In this document: positions 8,862-17,495 of the stretch, piece after piece
Layout: each line of letters opens with the position of its first letter
Numbering within the stretch: position 1 is the stretch's first letter
Source: an uncultured Clostridia bacterium
Lineage (GTDB): Bacteria > Bacillota > Clostridia > Oscillospirales > Ruminococcaceae
DNA: 34,807 nucleotides
Reading direction: 5' to 3'
Assembly (NCBI GenBank): GCA_945867255.1
Contig: CAMBHV010000001.1
Coordinates: 1-34,807, forward strand
Program-made: the position numbers and the translations under genes
The notes under the pieces: model-generated
Told to the model about the DNA's origin: nothing
Seen by the model: only the letters and a program-made list of their open reading frames with translations
Databases searched by the model: none

Positions 8862-9407
8862 TTACGCTGTAAGAACCCTTGCACGCCGCAAAGCCGGGCG
8901 CAATGCAGCTGCCAGCAGTGTTGCCATCACAAGCGCCACCGCTGCATTCACACATGAGGCGGATAGTTTTGCCACAAGGCGCACCTGCACAGCCCCCAGA
9001 GCCTGGCCTTCAATCCAATACATTTCCACAAAGGATTTTGCCATATACAGGATGATATATGCAACACTGCCCAATAAGGTGCCCAAGATATCTTTCTTTG
9101 TGCTTACTTGCCCCCGATGCGCCACCAGCCCGGCCAAATAACCAATAAAAAACTTTGTTGCAAATGTAATCAGGCAGCCTGAAATATATGCCGGGTTCGT
9201 AAAATCAAACAACATGCTGCCAAACCCGGCTGCAAGCCCACCGGTAAGCGGGCCGAACAAAAGCCCTGCCAAAGCGCAGAACCCGTTTCCCAGGTGGAAT
9301 CGTGCGGGCCCCACCTCTATCTGCATCCAGCTGGACACAAATACCATTGCGCTCAATAAGCCTACGATTGCCAGCTTTTTTGCAGTAAATCTCTCATTTT
9401 TCTGCAT
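8862..9407 (-). CDS. ECF transporter S component (probably vitamin B6-related)
   Basis: About 180-aa hydrophobic protein with KKLAIVGLLSAMVF, RFHLGN, GLLFGP, GSMLFD. RBS GGGGGAG before ATG 9407. Substrate inferred from the divergent MocR gene. Confidence 0.82.
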   Translation of the reverse strand: MQKNERFTAKKLAIVGLLSAMVFVSSWMQIEVGPARFHLGNGFCALAGLLFGPLTGGLAAGFGSMLFDFTNPAYISGCLITFATKFFIGYLAGLVAHRGQVSTKKDILGTLLGSVAYIILYMAKSFVEMYWIEGQALGAVQVRLVAKLSASCVNAAVALVMATLLAAALRPALRRARVLTA

Positions 9408-9466
9408 TTGGTTCTCCCCCTTTTTCGCCTTACGCCTTGACAGCGTCATCATGAAGCGTTAAGGTA

Positions 9467-9529
9467 ATTGTACGCACAAATTGGCTTGCTATAAATACCC
9501 AATTTATAACTTTTTTATAAGGTCAGTTT
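9467..9529. promoter_or_regulatory. Putative MocR/PdxR operator (two direct repeats plus one inverted repeat) and S-component promoter
   Basis: Minus strand AAACTGACC (9529-9521) and AAATTGGGT (9505-9497); plus strand AAATTGGCT (9478-9486); minus-strand -10 TACAAT at 9472-9467. Confidence 0.5.
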
Positions 9530-9545
9530 AAAAGGGAGATCACCC

Positions 9546-10979
9546 ATGGAACATGCAGTGATTCAATTGGATCCAAACCTGAAAAAGCCGTTGTATGAAC
9601 AGCTTTATTCCTATTTTTCCAACGCCATCCGAGCAGGGCACCTGAAAGCAGGGGAAAAGCTTCCTTCTAAACGGCGTCTGGCACAGGATACGGGGCTCAG
9701 TATCAGCACCATAGAAACTGCATACGCCATGCTGACCGCGGAGGGATATCTGGAAGCCAAACCCCGCAGCGGGTTTCGTGTGGCGCACCTTTCGGTTTTG
9801 TCGCATACCTGCACAGTTCTTCCCACGCATACTCCGGCTTTTTGCGTGCCGACGGCCTTTGATTTTTCCACCGGAAGCGTAGACACTGCATTGTTCCCCT
9901 TTGCCGCCTGGCGCAGGCTGCAAAGGCAAGTGCTGGCTGACAACGAAGATGTGTTACAGGCCGGATGCCCACAGGGTGATGAAACGTTACGCCGCGCCAT
10001 TGCAACGCATCTGGCAGAATTTCGTGGCGTACGGGCGGAGGCACAGCAGATTGTTGTGGGCGCAGGCAGCGAATATCTGGCCGGACTTCTGGCACAGATG
10101 TTTCCTCACGCCATATTCGCCGTGGAAGACCCCGGCTACACTCGCACGCCACGCGTGTTGAAAAATTGCGGGGCATGTGTGGCCCATGTCGCCATAGACC
10201 AGCACGGCATGCAACCCGTTAAGCTGGCTGCCAGTGGGGCGCGTCTGGCATATGTCACACCCAGCCATCAATTCCCCACCGGTGCCACCATGCCAATTGG
10301 CCGCCGCACCCAATTGTTGCAATGGGCCGGGCAGCAGGACGGACGCTTTGTGATCGAGGATGATTACGACAGTGAATTTCGCCTGGATGGGCGTCCTCTT
10401 CCGGCCCTGCAAGGGTTAGGCCCGGACAGAGTGATTTATCTTGGTACGTTTTCGCGCAGCATCGCGCCGGCCGTACGCATCGGCTACCTGGTGCTTCCAC
10501 CTGCACTTGTTCCGGAGTTCTTTACCCGGTTTGGGTTTTATTCCTGTACCGTGGGGCGAATCGAGCAACAAACACTATGTCGATTCCTGGAAACCGGGCA
10601 GTATGCGCGCCATTTGTCCCACCTTCGTAATGCCTATCGCCGAAAACGCGATGCCGTGTGTACGGCGCTGTATCAGGCGCTGGCTCCGTTTGACCCCGAT
10701 ATTAAAAACGCGCATACGGGGTTACATTTTATTTTGCGACTTCGCTGCCAATGCGCAGATAAAACGCTGGCGCAAGCCATGCAGCGTCATCATGTAAACG
10801 CGTGCCCGCTTTGTGCCTATCTCCATTCTCCTCAAGAAAGTGCCTCCAACCATGGTCCCACATTGGTGATTGGGTTTGGGGGCCTGGCTCAAGAAAATAT
10901 TCTGCCCGCAGCGCAGGCACTGGCACAAGCTGTGGCAGATGCATGCAGGCAACAAAAGACAGGTGCCGCCAGGAAATAA
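9546..10979 (+). CDS. MocR/GabR family regulator (GntR HTH + aminotransferase-like domain), PdxR-like
   Basis: PLYEQLY, GEKLPSKR.LA, VEDPGY, YVTPSHQFPTG, IEDDYDSEFR, IYLGTFSRS. Confidence 0.92.
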   Translation: MEHAVIQLDPNLKKPLYEQLYSYFSNAIRAGHLKAGEKLPSKRRLAQDTGLSISTIETAYAMLTAEGYLEAKPRSGFRVAHLSVLSHTCTVLPTHTPAFCVPTAFDFSTGSVDTALFPFAAWRRLQRQVLADNEDVLQAGCPQGDETLRRAIATHLAEFRGVRAEAQQIVVGAGSEYLAGLLAQMFPHAIFAVEDPGYTRTPRVLKNCGACVAHVAIDQHGMQPVKLAASGARLAYVTPSHQFPTGATMPIGRRTQLLQWAGQQDGRFVIEDDYDSEFRLDGRPLPALQGLGPDRVIYLGTFSRSIAPAVRIGYLVLPPALVPEFFTRFGFYSCTVGRIEQQTLCRFLETGQYARHLSHLRNAYRRKRDAVCTALYQALAPFDPDIKNAHTGLHFILRLRCQCADKTLAQAMQRHHVNACPLCAYLHSPQESASNHGPTLVIGFGGLAQENILPAAQALAQAVADACRQQKTGAARK

Positions 10980-10995
10980 CGCAGCACCTGTCTTT
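10955..10995. terminator. Bidirectional terminator overlapping the mocR 3' end
   Basis: AAAGACAGGTGCCGC...GCAGCACCTGTCTTT. Confidence 0.75.
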
Positions 10996-11006
10996 ATAAG
11001 CTTTCT

Positions 11007-11228
11007 TTATCTTTCAGAATTACTTGTCTTGTGGGGCAGAAGGATATAACCCAACAAGCCGCCCATCACACTGCCATACAATGCGGAAAACACCGGGCTG
11101 GATGTGATGGGGCACATGCCAAGCGCGCACCCTTTCCACTGATAGTACCCAAGGCCGAATGCAAGGCCCGCTATCACAAATGCAGCCAGGAATAGCGTTG
11201 CTGCATATTTTTTGAAAAATTGCTTCAT
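11007..11228 (-). CDS. Small two-TM protein with GCxxGxCPITSxP motif (DUF6132-like)
   Basis: 73 aa: MKQFFKKY...YYQWKGCALGMCPITSSPVFSALYGSVMGGLLGY. GAAAGG RBS; immediately downstream of trxA. Confidence 0.72.
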   Translation of the reverse strand: MKQFFKKYAATLFLAAFVIAGLAFGLGYYQWKGCALGMCPITSSPVFSALYGSVMGGLLGYILLPHKTSNSER

Positions 11229-11247
11229 GCTGAACCTTTCTGCACTT

Positions 11248-11565
11248 TTAACGTGCACTTTCCAACATATGTTCCAGCTGCTGCTGAGACTGGACCCCCA
11301 CTGCCTGTGCCTGCAATTTTCCATCTTTAAACACCATCACAGTAGGAATGCTCATAATACCAAACTGGCTGGCAAGCTCCGGTTGCTCGTCCACATTCAC
11401 CTTGCCCACTTTCCAGCGCCCCTGAGCCTCATCAGCCACACGTGCCACCACAGGGCCCAGCATGCGGCAAGGCCCGCACCATGGTGCCCAGAAATCCACC
11501 AGCACAGGCTGGGCGGCATGCAATACTTCCTGTTCAAAGTTCTCTTTTGTAAATACGTGTTCCAT
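11248..11565 (-). CDS. trxA: Thioredoxin
   Basis: VLVDFWAPWCGPC, KVNVDE, SIPT; AAGGAG RBS. Confidence 0.96.
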   Translation of the reverse strand: MEHVFTKENFEQEVLHAAQPVLVDFWAPWCGPCRMLGPVVARVADEAQGRWKVGKVNVDEQPELASQFGIMSIPTVMVFKDGKLQAQAVGVQSQQQLEHMLESAR

Positions 11566-11633
11566 TGTTTTCGTCTCCTTGTGTCATCGCTGTGCCGCCA
11601 TATGACCTGGCGGTTTGTTTTGTTTCTGGCTTT

Positions 11634-11690
11634 AGTATACCCCGGAAAGCCGTACCGAACCGTGACGAAGTTACAAAAGCGTGATATAAT
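11634..11690. promoter_or_regulatory. Divergent trxA / crp-fnr promoters with putative Crp/Fnr-type site CGTGAcgaagTTACA (11661-11675)
   Basis: Minus-strand -10 TATACT (11639-11634); plus-strand TGaTATAAT (11682-11690); near-palindromic site between them. Confidence 0.62.
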
Positions 11691-11749
11691 AAACCATCAT
11701 CGTATCTTCCGGCGGCTCTCTCCCGCCCAATTAAAAAGGAGGCCACTCT

Positions 11750-12409
11750 ATGCCCTGTGCGGATGCTCATTTGTTTCCATTCTGGCAACATCTCACGCAA
11801 GCCCAACAAGATACGCTTATCCGCGAGGTACGTGAGGTTCATTATGCCGCCGGCGCCCCCGTGCGCGCAGCTGGAGACAGCTGCCTTGGTATTTTATATG
11901 TAAAAACCGGCAGTCTCCGCCTTTCTCTTCTCAGCGAAGAGGGGCGCCAGGCCTCCATTGCACGCCTTGGTGCCGGGCAGGTATGTGTGCTGAGCGCTTC
12001 CTGTGTGTTGAGCGCTGTAACTTTTGATGCCGAAATCTGCGCAGAAGAAGAAAGTGATGTGCTGGTGCTTCCCTCTCATGTATTTGGGCCATTGATGGCA
12101 CAGAATGTCCATGTGGAATGCTTTGTATACCGCACCGCCACAGAACTGTTTTCCGATGTAATCGGCGCGGTAGAAAGGCTGCTGTTTATGACGCTGGAAC
12201 AGCGTGTGGCGGCTTTTCTTCTGGACGAAGCCGCCCGGCGTGGGACCGACACGCTTGCCATCACTCAGGAAGGCATCGCACTTGGCATCGCCTCCGCCCG
12301 CGAAGCGGTTACACGCGTGCTGCGGCAGATGTCTGCACGCGGCCTGGTGGAAGTTTTCCGAGGCGGCGTAAAACTGTTGGACCGCAAAGCCCTTTACGCA
12401 CTGTGCTGA
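11750..12409 (+). CDS. Crp/Fnr family transcriptional regulator
   Basis: cNMP-like barrel (GSLRL.L.SEEGR, CVLSASC), LEQRVAAFL, C-terminal HTH ITQE.IA..IASAREAVTRVL; AGGAGG RBS. Confidence 0.92.
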   Translation: MPCADAHLFPFWQHLTQAQQDTLIREVREVHYAAGAPVRAAGDSCLGILYVKTGSLRLSLLSEEGRQASIARLGAGQVCVLSASCVLSAVTFDAEICAEEESDVLVLPSHVFGPLMAQNVHVECFVYRTATELFSDVIGAVERLLFMTLEQRVAAFLLDEAARRGTDTLAITQEGIALGIASAREAVTRVLRQMSARGLVEVFRGGVKLLDRKALYALC

Positions 12410-12448
12410 TATAAACTCATCTGTAACCTTTCAAAAAGGGAGGCCCCC

Positions 12449-13795
12449 ATGACGCATATGTGTTTGACACAGGGAAATGTGGCGAAAACATTGGTACGGT
12501 TTGCCGTCCCATTTCTGCTGGCAAATGTTCTGCAGTCTCTTTATGGTGCAGTGGATCTGTTCGTGGTGGGCGCATTCTGTGGGGCGGAAAGTGTTGCCGC
12601 CGTATCCACCGGCACGCAGGTAACACAGATCGTTACAAGCCTTGTCACGGGTCTGACACTGGGCAGCACTGTGATTATCGGGCAGTACATGGGCCGACAG
12701 GAATATGAAAAAGTCTCACACGCCATCGGCACCACATTGACGGTGTTCGCAGGTGTTGCGCTGGCAATCACGGCCGGTATGCTGATTTTTCTGCGTCCAC
12801 TTTTGCGTCTTCTGCAAACTCCGCAGGCCTCATTTGAACTTACGGTACAGTATGTGACAGTGTGCATGCTGGGTAATATTTTTATTTGCGGCTATAATGC
12901 CATCAGTGCCATCCTGCGCGGTTATGGAGATTCTCGCCGGCCCATGTGGTTCGTAGGTATTGCATGTCTGATCAATATTGTGCTGGATGTGTTATTCGTT
13001 CGATTTCTTTCCCTGGATGTGGCAGGCACTGCTCTGGCCACCGTATTGTCACAGGGCATCAGCCTTGGTGCGGCTGTGTTTTACCTGAAACGTCACGATT
13101 TTCTGTTCGATTTCCGGCTGCGCAGCTTTGTGCCGAACCGACAAATAGTGCAAAAACTTGCCGTGGTAGGCATCCCCATTTCGTTTCAGGAACTGATGGT
13201 GCGCATCTCATTTCTATATTTGGCCGCTGTGATGAACCGCTGTGGCGTGTATGCAGCATCTGTGGTAGGTATTAGCAGCAAATATGATGTATTCGCTATG
13301 CTTTCGGCTACTTCCATAGCCAGTGCACTGGCAGCCATTACGGCCCAGAATGTTGGCGCCGGTAAATTGCAACGCGCACGGCACTCGCTGTGGTACGGGC
13401 TTGGGTTTGCGCTGCTCGTGTCGTCTGTCTTCTGGCTGTGGGCGCAGCTTTCTCCGCAAAGCATGATTGGTGTATTCTCCAATGATGAGCAGGTAATTGC
13501 AGCAGGTGTGCCGTTTTTCCGTACGTGTAGCTACGATTATATCCTTGTGAGCGTGGTGTTCTGCCTGAACGGATATCTGAATGGACGGCAAAAAACTTTA
13601 TGGACCATGATCAGTTGCAGTGCCGGTGCATTGTTTCTTCGCATCCCGCTGGTCTCCCTGTTCGCCGCGAATTTTTCCAACGATCTTGGCCGCTTGGGCA
13701 TGATCGCCCCCACCGTGTCTGGCATTATGGCATGCTATACACTGCTATATGTTCTGTGGGAAGGCAGGCATTGCGCCCCTGCCTCCCGCGCTTGA
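12449..13795 (+). CDS. MATE family efflux transporter
   Basis: FAVPFLLANVLQSLYGAVDLFVVG, LRGYGDS..P, NIVLD, AQNVGAG; about 12 TM; GGAGG RBS. Confidence 0.93.
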   Translation: MTHMCLTQGNVAKTLVRFAVPFLLANVLQSLYGAVDLFVVGAFCGAESVAAVSTGTQVTQIVTSLVTGLTLGSTVIIGQYMGRQEYEKVSHAIGTTLTVFAGVALAITAGMLIFLRPLLRLLQTPQASFELTVQYVTVCMLGNIFICGYNAISAILRGYGDSRRPMWFVGIACLINIVLDVLFVRFLSLDVAGTALATVLSQGISLGAAVFYLKRHDFLFDFRLRSFVPNRQIVQKLAVVGIPISFQELMVRISFLYLAAVMNRCGVYAASVVGISSKYDVFAMLSATSIASALAAITAQNVGAGKLQRARHSLWYGLGFALLVSSVFWLWAQLSPQSMIGVFSNDEQVIAAGVPFFRTCSYDYILVSVVFCLNGYLNGRQKTLWTMISCSAGALFLRIPLVSLFAANFSNDLGRLGMIAPTVSGIMACYTLLYVLWEGRHCAPASRA

Positions 13796-13815
13796 AAGCC
13801 TTTTTGGCGCACCAT

Positions 13816-13860
13816 ACAGGCAGCCGATGCACCTGCGTGCAACGGCTGCCTGTTTTGTTT
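13816..13860 (+). terminator. Intrinsic terminator after MATE
   Basis: ACAGGCAGCCGATGCAC...GTGCAACGGCTGCCTGT followed by TTTGTTT. Confidence 0.8.
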
Positions 13861-14274
13861 CTTGGCTTACAAACGGGTTTCCTGCGCGAATTTCAGCCAT
13901 ATCAGGCAAACAAGGCCCATGCACGCCTTGTCAATCGCCAGCCCGTGGCACCCGTATTCCATCACCGAACTACACGTAATTTGTAAAAGTATGCTGCACG
14001 CAGCCCTGCTTTGCCCTGTAAAAAGCCGTTCAAGATGCATCTGATATTAAAGGAACAGATGATAACGTTGAAGGCCACGGTAGCCTGCCCTCGCTGAAGT
14101 TCCTATCTCTCGCACACATGTTTCTGAAACATTTCTTTCGCACTGGACGTGCCCGCAAGAATTTGGATGGCGTACCTGCCGCAAGGTTGCCCCCGGAATC
14201 TTTTTTCAAAATGATTGCAAATGTTGATGCACTTTGCGTTACTATGTGCTATAGGAAGGCATTTTATGAGTGTT

Positions 14275-14316
14275 CGTGATTTTGTCACACACGCTGCGTA
14301 CACAATATGGTACAAT
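14275..14316 (+). promoter_or_regulatory. ccdA promoter with putative Crp/Fnr-type site CGTGAttttgTCACA (14275-14289)
   Basis: Extended -10 TGgTACAAT (14308-14316), no consensus -35; site centred 29 bp upstream of the -10 hexamer. Confidence 0.62.
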
Positions 14317-14378
14317 ACGCATACTGATATTATATCAAACTGACGGTTATCATTTCCGGCCGCCTGTCTGGAGGAGTT

Positions 14379-15050
14379 ATGAGTTATTTTGTCACATTCT
14401 TGGAAGGTGTTATCACATTCATCTCTCCGTGCCTTCTTCCGATGCTTCCGGTTTATCTTTCGTACTTTGCCGCAGGTGAGCAGGGGCAGACGGGCAGCCG
14501 CACTGCAGTGAAAAACGCCCTGGGCTTCGTACTTGGGTTCACCATCACATTTCTTGCGCTGGGCACTCTTGCCGGTAGTTTGGGTATGCTGCTGAACCGT
14601 TGGCAGTTTGCTGTCAACCTTGTGTGTGGTACTGTGGTCGTAGTATTTGGGCTGAATTTTCTCGGTGTTTTGCGCCTGCATTTGTTTTCCGGCAGTGTAA
14701 AATGGAACATGAAGGAAAAGCAGCTTGGCTTCTTTTCCAGCGTATTATTTGGCCTTGTATTCAGTGTGGGCTGGACACCGTGCGTAGGGGCATTTCTTGG
14801 TTCAGCGTTGATGCTGGCCTCGCAACAGGGCTCGGCAGTGCAGGGCACATTGCTTTTGCTGGCCTATTCCATGGGCTTGGGGCTGCCATTTTTTCTGTGC
14901 GCGTTGCTGATTCAAAAACTGAAAGGGGCACTGAACTGGGTAAAGGCACACTATACGGCCATCAACACCGTGTGCGGCGCATTTCTTGTTGTGGTGGGCG
15001 TGTTGATGATGACCGGTCTGATGGGAAAATTTTTATCCGTTCTGGCTTAA
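14379..15050 (+). CDS. ccdA: CcdA family thiol-disulfide membrane electron transporter
   Basis: FISPCLLPMLPVY and GWTPCVG Cys motifs; 6 TM; GGAGG RBS. Confidence 0.93.
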   Translation: MSYFVTFLEGVITFISPCLLPMLPVYLSYFAAGEQGQTGSRTAVKNALGFVLGFTITFLALGTLAGSLGMLLNRWQFAVNLVCGTVVVVFGLNFLGVLRLHLFSGSVKWNMKEKQLGFFSSVLFGLVFSVGWTPCVGAFLGSALMLASQQGSAVQGTLLLLAYSMGLGLPFFLCALLIQKLKGALNWVKAHYTAINTVCGAFLVVVGVLMMTGLMGKFLSVLA

Positions 15051-15068
15051 CGGAAAGGAGCAGATGAG

Positions 15069-15662
15069 ATGGAACAGAAAAAAGCAATTATTCTTGCACT
15101 GGCCCTGGTGGTAGTATTGGTGCTTGCCGGGGCCGGTTATCAATTTCTGGCCCCGCAGGCCGGGCTTTCCGGGGTTTTAGGAACTACCCAAAGTGATTCT
15201 GCCTCCAGCTCGGCACAGCTTGCGCCCGATTTCACCGTATTTGACACGGATGGTGCAGAAATCACGCTGTCTTCCCTTATGGATGCCGGAAAACCGGTGG
15301 TTTTGAACTTCTGGGCCAGCACCTGCCCGCCATGCCGCAATGAGATGCCGGATTTTGAGGCTGCTTTCCAAAAGTACGGCCAGGACATACAGTTTATCAT
15401 GGTGGATGCAGTGGGTTCCATGAATGGCGAGACCCGTCAGGCTGGCAGCGACTATGTAGCCGAGCAGGGTTTCACTTTCCCGGTATATTTTGATGATGAA
15501 CAGCACGCAGTTTCCAGTTTTGGCATCCGCGCCTTCCCGACTACATTCTTTTTAAACGCAGACGGCACGATTGAAGCATATGGTGAGGGCATGTTGGACG
15601 CTGAAACTCTGGAAAAAGGGATTCAAATGCTTTTGCCTGATGCGGCGCAAAGCGCTGCCTGA
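15069..15662 (+). CDS. Membrane-anchored TlpA/ResA-like disulfide reductase
   Basis: N-terminal TM, APDFTV, VVLNFWASTCPPCRNEMP, FPTTFF. Confidence 0.9.
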   Translation: MEQKKAIILALALVVVLVLAGAGYQFLAPQAGLSGVLGTTQSDSASSSAQLAPDFTVFDTDGAEITLSSLMDAGKPVVLNFWASTCPPCRNEMPDFEAAFQKYGQDIQFIMVDAVGSMNGETRQAGSDYVAEQGFTFPVYFDDEQHAVSSFGIRAFPTTFFLNADGTIEAYGEGMLDAETLEKGIQMLLPDAAQSAA

Positions 15663-15669
15663 TTCGCAG

Positions 15670-15709
15670 TAAAAAACGCCGGCCAACAAAAGTTGGCCGG
15701 CGTTTTTTA
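15670..15709. terminator. Bidirectional intrinsic terminator
   Basis: TAAAAAACGCCGGCCAAC-aaaa-GTTGGCCGGCGTTTTTTA perfect hairpin. Confidence 0.9.
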
Positions 15710-15710
15710 T

Positions 15711-17495
15711 TTACTGCTGTGGCAGGTCCAAACGGATGGAAAGTTCCCGCAGTTGTTTTTCTTCTACCGTTTCGGGGCACCCGCTCATGGGTTCGCCCGC
15801 GTTTTGCACCTTTGGGAAGGCGATCACATCGCGAATAGAATCTTTTTTCAACATCAGCATCACAAGCCTGTCAAATCCATAAGCCATTCCGCCATGAGGA
15901 GGCGCACCATACTGATAGGCATCCATCAAAAAGCCGAAGCTCTCACGTGCCTTTTCCTCCGTAAAGCCCAGGGCGCGGAACATACGGTCCTGCAAAGCAG
16001 GATCATTGATGCGGATAGAACCGCCGCCCACTTCGCAGCCGTTCAATACCATATCGTACGCCTTTGCACGACATGCGCCCTGGTCCGTCTCTACCTTATC
16101 CAAATCTTCCTCACGGGGCATGGTAAAGGGATGATGTTTGGCCATGTAACGGCCTTCCTCTTCGGAATACTCAAACAGCGGGAAATCCGTCACCCACAGG
16201 AAGTTGAACTTATCCTTATCGATCAGCCCCAGTTTCTCACCCACCGCAAGGCGAACTGCACCCAGAGCCGTGCATGCTTTTTCCCAATTTGCATCCGCCG
16301 CTACCAGGAATACATCGCCCTGTTGCAGGCCTGCGGCTTGCTCCAAGGCCGCCACTTCGCCCGCAGAAAGGAACTTTTCAAAGCTGGAAGACCTCGCCTC
16401 GGACGTCCAACGCGTATAGGCAAGCCCCTTTGCACCGTATGTTTTTGCCACTTCTACCAGCTTGTCGATCTCTTTACGGGAAAGAGTTACCGCGCCCCCT
16501 TTGACACAGATGGCACGAACTGTACCGTGCGCTGCCACAGCGCTCTGGAACACTACGAACTGGCTGTCTTTCACGGCATCTGTCACATCCACCAGTTCCA
16601 GGCCAAAACGGGTGTCCGGCTTATCAGAACCGTAGCGCCCCATGGCTTCTGCATACGGCAGGCGGCGGAATGGTGTTTCGATCTCCACACCCAGCACCTC
16701 ATGGAACACGCGTTTCATCAGGCCTTCATTCAGCGTCATGATATCATTTTCATCGGCAAACGACATCTCCATGTCAACCTGTGTGAACTCGGGCTGACGA
16801 TCTGCGCGCAGATCCTCATCGCGGAAGCAACGCACAATCTGGAAATACCGGTCAAAGCCAGAAAGCATCAGAATCTGCTTATACAACTGCGGCGACTGCG
16901 GCAGTGCGTAAAAACAGCCCGGCTGCACACGGCTGGGAACAAGATAATCCCGTGCACCCTCCGGTGTGGATTTCATCAGCATCGGCGTCTCGATCTCCAC
17001 AAAATGATTTTCCTCATAATAATCGCGGATGATCTTTGCAATCTTCGAACGAAGCATGATCGGCTGGTGCATGGCCGGGCGGCGCAGATCCAGATAGCGA
17101 TATTTCAACCGAAGATTCTCGTTCACATTGATCTCATCGCGTATCTCAAACGGTGTGGTCTGCGCACCACTCAACACGCACAATTCGGTAACAAACAGCT
17201 CCACCTCACCTGTGGGGATCTTATCCGTTTTAGCCTCCCGCTCGCGCAGGGTACCTTTAGCCATCACTACATATTCACTCTTCAGGCCTGCGGCTTTTTC
17301 AAACACCGCTTTATCAGTGGAATCATCAAAAATCAGCTGCAGAATACCTGTGGTATCCCGCAGATCCACAAAAATCACGCCGCCCTTATCACGGCACTTT
17401 GCCACAGAACCGGCCACTGTCATTTGCGTACCGGCATCCTTGGCGCGCAGCGCGCCCACATAGTGCGTGCGACGCAAATTACCCATGCTATCCAT
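15711..17495 (-). CDS. aspS: Aspartate--tRNA ligase
   Basis: FVDLRD, RLKYRYLDLRR, STPEGARDY, ALPQSPQ, CFRDEDLRADRQPEF, HHPFT, GAPPHGG; start moved to ATG 17495, downstream of the promoter. Confidence 0.97.
   Translation of the reverse strand: MDSMGNLRRTHYVGALRAKDAGTQMTVAGSVAKCRDKGGVIFVDLRDTTGILQLIFDDSTDKAVFEKAAGLKSEYVVMAKGTLREREAKTDKIPTGEVELFVTELCVLSGAQTTPFEIRDEINVNENLRLKYRYLDLRRPAMHQPIMLRSKIAKIIRDYYEENHFVEIETPMLMKSTPEGARDYLVPSRVQPGCFYALPQSPQLYKQILMLSGFDRYFQIVRCFRDEDLRADRQPEFTQVDMEMSFADENDIMTLNEGLMKRVFHEVLGVEIETPFRRLPYAEAMGRYGSDKPDTRFGLELVDVTDAVKDSQFVVFQSAVAAHGTVRAICVKGGAVTLSRKEIDKLVEVAKTYGAKGLAYTRWTSEARSSSFEKFLSAGEVAALEQAAGLQQGDVFLVAADANWEKACTALGAVRLAVGEKLGLIDKDKFNFLWVTDFPLFEYSEEEGRYMAKHHPFTMPREEDLDKVETDQGACRAKAYDMVLNGCEVGGGSIRINDPALQDRMFRALGFTEEKARESFGFLMDAYQYGAPPHGGMAYGFDRLVMLMLKKDSIRDVIAFPKVQNAGEPMSGCPETVEEKQLRELSIRLDLPQQ

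Noticed and set aside
13861-14270. 6S RNA (often near aspS), tmRNA, RNase P or SRP RNA
   Set aside because: No long closing stem or conserved motifs of these RNAs seen by eye; an Rfam scan would settle it.
14382-14396. Third Crp-like site AGTTAttttgTCACA at the start of ccdA
   Set aside because: It lies in coding sequence with a poor left half-site; likely chance.
17370-17410. AspS CRDKGG motif as a marker of discriminating versus non-discriminating type
   Set aside because: Lys at this position matches neither textbook residue, so the type cannot be called from it.
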